This document shows positions 56,201-64,000 of a stretch of 64,000 nucleotides of DNA, in pieces. The notes beneath the pieces were generated by a model, which worked only from the letters and a program-made list of their open reading frames with translations, searched no databases and was not told the origin of the DNA. The stretch covers positions 1,819,334 to 1,883,333 of the forward strand of contig MU004185.1 in NCBI GenBank assembly GCA_010093605.1, given 5' to 3'. This DNA comes from Lophium mytilinum. Its lineage: Eukaryota. The position numbers were made by a program, and so were the translations under genes. Within the stretch, counting starts at the first letter, position 1; every line of letters starts with the position of its first letter.

Positions 56201-59200
56201 TACTAAAGTCTATTCTAAAATAGTTAGAGACGTGCGCTTAAGAGAGGTCTATATTATCCTCTATAGAGTTTATAATAAATAGAATACTATCTTTATTATT
56301 ATCCGCGTCTTCTTTTATAATATCTATTTATAGCGCGGCCGCTATATTAGTTTTATTCTTTAAGTTCTTACTAGTAGTAACCTTACTTTTAAAGACCTAT
56401 ACTAGATTAATACTAATATCTATTTCCGCGGTTATAGGCTTATTCTAGTATAGTATAATATATCTAAGCTATCTTTCTTTCTTTAAAATTAGGGCCTGGG
56501 TTCTAAAATTTAAAAAGGGGACACTACTATCTATACTAGTAAGTAAGGCTTATACACCTAATCTATATATACCCTTATACTATTTAATAAAGTCTAAATA
56601 TAGCTTAAAAAGATATATGCCTATATTACTACTATTACTATATATAGGTATATTATAGCTCTATTCTAGTACTATAGTAATATTGCTAGCTAAAAACGCT
56701 TGCGTTGCTTTTACTTTAGGCGGCTTTATCTTTAGTAGTAAATCCTTAGCTAATACTATAAGGGGAAATATATACTTTTCTTTTTAAAGTCTATTAAAAC
56801 TATTAGCGTCCTTCTATATAATACTAAGTCCCTTAGGGCGTAATATATTAATACCTAGAAGTAGCCTATAGTCTAGGTTTAGAATAATATAAGCTTTAAC
56901 TAGTACTTCTATAGAGGTACTAGTTATATCTATAAAATAGATTTTAAAGCTAGCCTATATATATAATTATACTACTTTATCTATTATACTAAATATTTTA
57001 ACGCTTCTTTTTAGTTAATATATAGTAGTATCTAGATAATACTATTACCTTTAAGCGTTACTAATAAGGGTAATAATACTACCTAAATCTAGGCATGCCT
57101 AGATTTAAACGCCCGCTAGCGTTTTAGTATTAATTTTTATAGTAATATACTATAAAAATTTCTCCCCTAGCTAGATATACTTTATTAACCTTACTCTATA
57201 AACTCTAGTATTTACCTTATACTATAGTACTAATATTAATATAGTAGCTAGGGTTTTCACTTCTATTAGAATATAACCCGGGGTTAATGCTCTAAATCCT
57301 TATTTTCTAAGAATTAGAGAAGGTAGTTAAGCTTATTAATTATTTATAAAGAGCTATTACTATTATTATTATCTTCTTTCTTAATAGCGGCGTTCTTATC
57401 TATAATAGTATCTAATTAAACGTCTACGTTATACGCTTTTATAGTATTTTTCTTAAACTCTACTACTAGAATATAGTAGGGATATAGCCGCATAAAGTAT
57501 ATTTTATTTAGCTTTCCTTTTACTATATAGATTAGATATAGCTTATTTAACTTTTTATCTATTAGCCTCTTCTAATTCTAATTATTCTTAGTAATTAGTA
57601 CCTTGCCGTATTTCTCTTTAACGCGTATAAGTACCTACTTAAGATAATCTAAGGCTAGATAGTACTATACCTTTCTAGAGCCTTATTACTATAATAAGTA
57701 TAGCTTATATATTAGTACTATAGGTCTAAACTAGTTCTACTATATATATATTTTTTCTACCGCTAGTAACTATACTATAACCTAACGCTAAAAGTTTTAT
57801 AGCGTGTCGCCTGCCTTAAAGGTTTAGACTAAGTTTATTAAAATTAGGTTAAGGCTAGTCTAAAGTTTAAAGATAATATTATATTTATCTTCTATACTAG
57901 CTTTATAGAGTAAATTAACCTTTCTAGTTATATATTAAGAGAGAGATAGCTAATCTATCTTTTAGAATAAGAACTCTATTTTAGAGGCTTCTTACTTAGC
58001 TATATAGTATAGCTTCTAGTATTACTATATAAGCTAGTTCTTCTAATAAGCTAGGCTAGTATTTATCTAGGCTTATACTATACTTAGGAGTAATATATAC
58101 TATATATATATATTACCTATAATATATAATAGTAGCTATAGTAAAACTACTATATCTCTATATATCTCTACTATTTACTTAAAGCGCTGGATAAATATAG
58201 TAACTAAATTCTTTTCTAGGTTAAATAATATAATATCTACTAGCCTAAGCTTAGGGAGGGAGAATTATACTAGAAGTAGAATTCTTATATCTTAAGCTCG
58301 GCCCTAATTTTAACCTATAAAGCTATTATCTACTAACTATAGATAATATTTATTAAAAGGCCGGGGTATATATAGATATTCTAATAAATAAAATTATAGG
58401 GCCTCTAGTAGAAGATACTAATTAAATATTAGAGGCTTTTACTATACTAATAGGCCCTAATAAGATAGTAGAAGTTATAATAGTAGAGGTTTCTATTATA
58501 TAGTAGAATCTTGCACTAGCGTTAGTAGTCTTAGAGCCTATAGCTAGAGCTATTAGTAAAGTAACTCTATAGTCTTCTCTATACCCTCTATATATTTAAG
58601 AAAGCCCTAGAAGATATATATATTATATTTATTTAGGTTACTACTATTATAAAAAAATTAGTCCTTATTATATATAGCGCTGCCTACGCTATTAATTATA
58701 TCTACTTACTTCTACCTGCCTAACTATAGAAACTTATCTAGTTAAATTTCCTAAATATTATTATCTAAACTAGAGATAGAATTACTAGATAGCTTCTCTA
58801 GTCTAATTCTAAAACATTTAATAGCGCGCCTAATATTATTTATGCTGTTAGCTATATTCTTAAAAAGAAAGTATAGAGATATATAGTTAAAGCTAGGTCT
58901 AACTTTAGTAAAATAGCTCTCTCTCTAGCTATTTAGTATTAGTTTATCTAGCCCTTATACTTAACTAGCTATAATAATATTAATTTCTGCTACCGCTTCT
59001 AGAAACTCCTATTAGCGTTATTATAATTTCTAGAGAAAGATAGTATCTATATTATACTACCTTTTAGTATAAAACCTAATAGCACTATTTAGATTTAGGC
59101 CTAGCGTTACTAAATTACATGCGCCTTTAAATTTACTAGCGCTGCTACTAGCTTCTATATTTATTACCGGCTTATTAGTCTTAGCTTTAGTAACGCTAGT

Positions 59201-60614
59201 TAGTTTTATAATATCTACTACTAGTTTTACTTTATATACTAAAAGGGCGTGCTAGATACATTAGGCTATAATCTATAGCTTATTAGTATCTAGTATACTA
59301 GGCTTTAGCTATTTATAGTTATAGATATTACTATAACTAAGTATTATATATATATTATCTAATATATATATAATAGTAATATTTTATATAGCTTTATTAC
59401 CGCCGTTTTCCTATATTATAGAAAAAATAAGATTCTAAGTAGTAGGTAGGTACTCTTTAAAAATCTAAGTAAAAATATATATAAGTTTATCTTCTAGTAC
59501 TTCTAGAAGAGTATTTCTCTATACTACTAGAAGGTATATATTTCTTAAGGCTATATCTAGCAGGTTCTTAAATATCTATATAGTAGCCTTATTCTTAGCG
59601 TCTACTATAGTACTAAAGATTATAGTATTATATATAAACCGCTTTTTAAATCTATTATAAAAGTTAATTTACTATACTATTCTAGTAGAACTATATATAT
59701 ATCCTTATATAGTAATATTAGCCGCTAAGATATAGGTAGAGCCCGGCTTAATATATATATAATATTAGTTAAATCTAGGTTTATAGTATCTAGAGCTAGC
59801 CTATAGGCCTATAATAGATTTATTAAGCTTTTATATATTAGCTCTATACTATTCTTTATATACTTCTCCCTTTATTAGCTGCGTTTAAAGCGGGGTAATA
59901 GTAGCATTAGAAATCTAATTAGCAGTGTAAAAAACTCTAATTAGTAGCTTAAGAATTTCTAATTAGTAATTTAGTTACTAGTATTCTAGGTAATTTAAGG
60001 CTAATAGGCTTATATTATCTTTCTAGTATAGAGGTATAGAAGAAAGAAGTTAAGTAGTTATTATATTTCTACTATCTTCTACTACTACCTATATATACTT
60101 TAATAGAAGTATATATTATTTACTACTAGAAGTATATATTATTATAGAAGCGGCAGTATATTAATTAAATAATACTACTATATAAGATATTATAGTAGGC
60201 GTCTAAAATACGCTAATTATATTTTCTAGATACTAAGGTTAGTTCTAGTAGCTAGAGATAATTACGCTGGCCGCTGTTGCTAAAGAGATAGTTATTAATA
60301 GTAACGCTAGCCTACTTAGTATAGGCGTTAGTAGTGGCTAATAAAGCTCTTCTAACTATTATAATATAAGTAGAATAATAATAAGAGAAATTCTATAAGC
60401 GTTTATTACTAGAGAATTAAATTATCTATCTCTAGCTACTAACTATAAGGGATATAAGCGTGCGTTACAGCTTATATATATATTTACGCTAGAGAACTTA
60501 TAGTTATAATTAAGAGTATATTAAGTATTAAGTATAAGGCTTAATATATTAAACTATATAGACCCCTTACTTATATGCCTACTTCTACTAATACTTCTAT
60601 ACTTATTCCTAATA
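41287..60614 (-). mobile_element. RIP-inactivated Ty3/gypsy LTR retrotransposon B (~11 kb without its insert), interrupted by element C
   Basis: 171-bp LTRs at 41287-41457 and 60444-60614 (TG..CA mutated to TA..TA). 5-bp TSD CTTAT on both sides. RT relic FVAVYI(DD>NN)IIIY ~55605-55640; chromodomain-like relic EEYVVEKIL..VKWKGYD ~45020-45180. Confidence 0.92.
47154..55388 (-). mobile_element. RIP-inactivated full-length Ty3/gypsy LTR retrotransposon C, inserted in the pol gene of element B
   Basis: 221-bp LTRs at 47154-47374 and 55168-55388. 5-bp TSD ATAAA. Polypurine tract next to the 3' LTR (plus strand ctaccccccctct at 47375). Zn-knuckle relic ~52420-52470, RT YVDD relic ~50575-50605, integrase SDxGP and AFHPxTDG relics ~48550-48670. 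Confidence 0.93.
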
Positions 60615-61204
60615 CTTATATAAGTATTAGATCTTCTTTAATAACTAATAATAATATAACTATAGATATAACTGTAGATATAACTATAGATAGAATAGAA
60701 GTAGAAGTTATAAAAGTAGTAGAAGTATAAGGGGCGCGTTAATTATATTATAGCGGCGGCGGCAGTATAGTATATATAATAGTTATAATAATAGATTTAA
60801 TAAAGTTATAAGGCGTTATATATAGTAGTATTAAAGTATATAGTATTAAGGTAGCTATCTTAAAAATTTATTATAGGTAGCTATTAGCGCAGGCTAAGTA
60901 AAAAGAGAAGTATATATAAAATAGAAAGACTATAGTTTATAGAAAGGCTATAGAATTATAGTAAAACTAAAAGATTATAGTAAGACTATAGTATTAAGGT
61001 TATAGGCGGCCCGGGCGCTAAGGCGGTATATAGTTATATAGTAATATATTAGTAAATTAGCTAATTATCTAACTAATTAGAGCCCTCTATATTAGTTAGT
61101 TAGCCTATTTTCTAGAAAGAGATTAGTTAGATTAGTTACTTATTAATTAACTAATATTAGCTAATTACTAATATAGTTAGTTAGATAGCAGCTCTACTAC
61201 TATA

Positions 61205-63390
61205 TCCTCTAGCTATTCTAATTAATAAACCCCTCTATTTTCTACTTATATAATACTATTTAATATAGAAGCTTCTTATATATAAGCTATACTATAGTTA
61301 TTTAAGGCTAAGTTATAGACCTACTATAGTAGCGGCTAAAAATCTATAGTAAGTATATTATAGAGGTAGAGAATAAGAATAAAAATATAATTATTTATAG
61401 CGGCGCCGTACTTAGAGAGAGTATTTAAAATTAGTAAGAAACCTAAGTAAGTAAATTAGAGGCCTTAGAGGACCTCTTTAGACTAATTAGAAGATTAGAT
61501 ATAATAGAGGTATATATATAGAAGAAAACGGGTATATATAGAGAAAAGAGCTAGTATAGAATTATTAGTTCTCTTTTATCTTCTTAGTAAACCGGGGGGT
61601 ATAATACTAAGCTAATAGGGCGAATTTATATACCTTAAATAGTATACTAAAAGAGGCGTCTCTATATATAGTAAGTAAATAGTACTATAAATAAATTTAG
61701 TTATATAATTATTCTAAGAAATAAGTATAATTCTAGAGCCTTTCTACCCGCACTAGAGCTATAGAAATTCTTAATAATACTTTAGCTACATATTTAGTAG
61801 TAATACTCTCCTCTTTATAGACTACTTTAGCTTCTATAATAGTTATTAAAACTATTATAGATAGTATTTATTATAGGGCGTTTCTATAAATTAGTATTTA
61901 GCTTTCTTATATAATAGTCTCTATATCTAAAGACCTTCTCTAGTTAGTTAATAGTTATATAAGTCTTAAACGCCCGCACTCTTTAGCTAGAGAAGTTTTT
62001 TAATAACTCTCTCTAAATACTAGATTATATTATTTTATTATATATCTAGAGTAAAGATAAGGTTACTCTTAAGTACTTCTAAAGTAGATTTAGAACTAAT
62101 AGGCGCGGATTAAGAACTAAAAAGCGCAGGTTTATAAAGATTTAATTCGCCTATAAATAGATTTACTATAATAGATACTTCTATATATAGGTTAATATCT
62201 ACTATACTATATAGACTTACTACTAATAATAATACCCTATAAAAAGGGTAGTATATACTACTAAAAATAGTAATAGAATATATATAGCTTTTTAATATAA
62301 ACTTATTAATATTTTCTTACTATCTACCTTTTTATCTAAGAATTCTTAACTAGCTCTCTAATCTAAGAACCCGCTAATATAATAAGGCCCCGGAATTAGG
62401 CCTCTATTATATAGTAGCTAAGTAAGACTAAGCCTACTCTAAGTAAATCTAATAGGGTATAAGCTAGCTTAATTAATCTTAATAGTACCTAATTTTAACT
62501 ATAAGTAGACTATATTCTAAATTTAGGCTCTAGAGCTTATAGAGGTTATTATATCTTATTACTAACTAGTTCTACTCTAGTACCTACTTTAGAAAGGGGG
62601 CCTAGTTTTATACCTCTAAGCTTAGTATTACTTACCTTCTACCTAATTTATACTAAGCCTTCTAGAGTACTATACTATATTAGTCTACTAATAGTAGAAG
62701 GTATTATAGAGTTAGTTTAGCTAGCTATTTCTATAGAGTATTAATATACTAAGTATTAGCTATATAGGGCCTAATTTTTAGAATATATTATATAACTTTA
62801 TCTTTCTATTCTAAATACTAAGGCCTTATTCTAAGACTCTTTAGGTATCTTTTATAGACTTTCTAAGGTTTACTTTACATTATAAGTAATATAGAAGTAT
62901 ATAATAGTATAGTATATATAAGTATAAGGTAAATTAATATATAATTTTATATAAATAAGCTATATAGCTTAACCTTAGCTTACTTACTACTTAGAAAGAT
63001 TTATTAGATATAAAATAGTATAGAATTCTTAGTAGACTTTTTTAAGCTTTCTTACTATAAAAATACTATAAGTATAAAAACTAGCTCTATAATATAGATT
63101 TAAGTAATATATATAGTACTTTTAAGTTACTTATCTAGATATAAAAAGCTATTACTTAAAGTTTTAGCTTATAATATTTAATATTAACTATTTTAATTAG
63201 AGTAGAAGAGAATTAGACGTAATAAGTTATAATTACGCTAATTTAGTACTTCTTAGTAGCTTTTAAGGCTAACTCTATACTAGAATAACTTCTCTCTTTA
63301 GGCATATTATAGGCTAAAATTAAAGGGTCTAAGTAAGCTATAGACTAAGAGTATACTATAAATTTTATAAGACTATAGCTTCTAATTTAT
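61205..63390 (+). other. RIP-damaged sequence outside the hAT; possible destroyed host gene
   Basis: Same TpA-rich composition, but it lies beyond the right TIR/TSD and shows no TE motif I could recognise. Intron-like GTAAGT..TTTATAG at 61349-61400. Confidence 0.4.
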
Positions 63391-64000
63391 AGTGGGGGTA
63401 TTTAAAAATGTAACGCGGAGCTTAAAAAAATTAGCTGAGGATTCCGTGCTATTTTGCATCCGACAAATGGGCCCATTTCTAGGACATTTTAAGCAACTAT
63501 CTCGATCCTCCCACATGGTGTGGATAGATTTATTATTGCAAGGAAAGAAAAGTAACAGTGCGCGTCGGATAGTTGCAATTCGGAGGGGATGCTTTCTCGA
63601 ACTCGTAATGGGTGGGTGGGGAAGATTGTGCCGTCGTGCACGACCTCGAGTCTTGGCTGGGCCGAACTACGCTACTCCGCTTTCGGTGCGACTTGACTAG
63701 ACTAAGAGCGTGAGGTGAAGAAGTGAATAGTGATTCAAGAGAAATTTTCTTGATTGGGCCACTTGCATAGAATATTGTGATACCCTTTTCACTAGCAGAG
63801 TTCAATCTCGCGCAGATCATCCAGACATCCAGCATCGTACAATTCCCCTTGCATGCGTGCGTGAACGTAAGTCTCTCCAACCAGCTCATACTCATTGCCC
63901 TTTTCTCTCATCACAAAAAGGACTCTGGCGCCCTCTACATAAACAATCCTATCTCCTAGTCGCATCAGCTTCGGGCCCAGCCCAACATATCCATCCTGAG

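Larger units (their letters stand above)
31212..61196 (-). mobile_element. RIP-inactivated hAT-superfamily DNA transposon, split by nested insertions (own segments ~31212-32307, ~40440-41286, 60615-61196)
   Basis: Left TIR CAGGGTTGCTATCCAACCAACC matches the reverse complement of 61175-61196 with only transition differences. 8-bp TSD CCGCCGCA (31204-31211) vs CTACTATA (61197-61204). De-RIPped minus-strand motifs: KLHFSVDLWT..LLGINCHFVD (~40570-40650), EDW..LKPFKTATKRLEG (~32200-32280), and dimerisation domain YPxLxxMALDLLSIPAMSA..ER.F (~31500-31672). Confidence 0.85.

Noticed and set aside
31300..63390. Organellar DNA, alternative genetic code or contamination as the cause of the AT-rich block
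   Set aside because: TE motifs, LTR pairs and TSDs reappear when C>T/G>A changes are reversed, which is the RIP signature.
19300..63400. Starship or other giant cargo-carrying element
   Set aside because: No tyrosine-recombinase captain or matching boundaries seen; the 30-kb span is explained by nested insertions.
63392..63959. Three short ORFs at the right edge
   Set aside because: No recognisable product; likely non-coding flank.

Overview
Fungal genomic window (filamentous ascomycete, probably a Dothideomycete; short GT-AG introns with CTAAC/CTGAC branch sites) in two compartments. (1) 1-31.2 kb is GC-balanced and genic: mitochondrial ribosomal protein mL53/MRPL44 (partial), SEC20, an F-box protein, a DUF1294 protein, a small membrane protein, CaM kinase cmkA, a two-bromodomain RSC subunit, an F-box-like orphan, an alpha/beta hydrolase, a probable pseudogene and a head-to-head pair of DUF6594-like genes. 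(2) ~31.2-63.4 kb is very AT-rich and nearly ORF-free, the pattern left by RIP mutation. Reversing C>T/G>A changes by eye resolves it as a nest. A hAT DNA transposon spans 31212-61196, with TIRs and an 8-bp TSD. It holds Ty3/gypsy element A (from 32308 into an N gap) and element B (41287-60614, TSD CTTAT). B in turn holds element C (47154-55388, TSD ATAAA), which shows a Tf1-type self-priming signature. The RIP-damaged 2.2 kb right of the hAT may be a destroyed host gene. All calls were made by eye; no searches were run.
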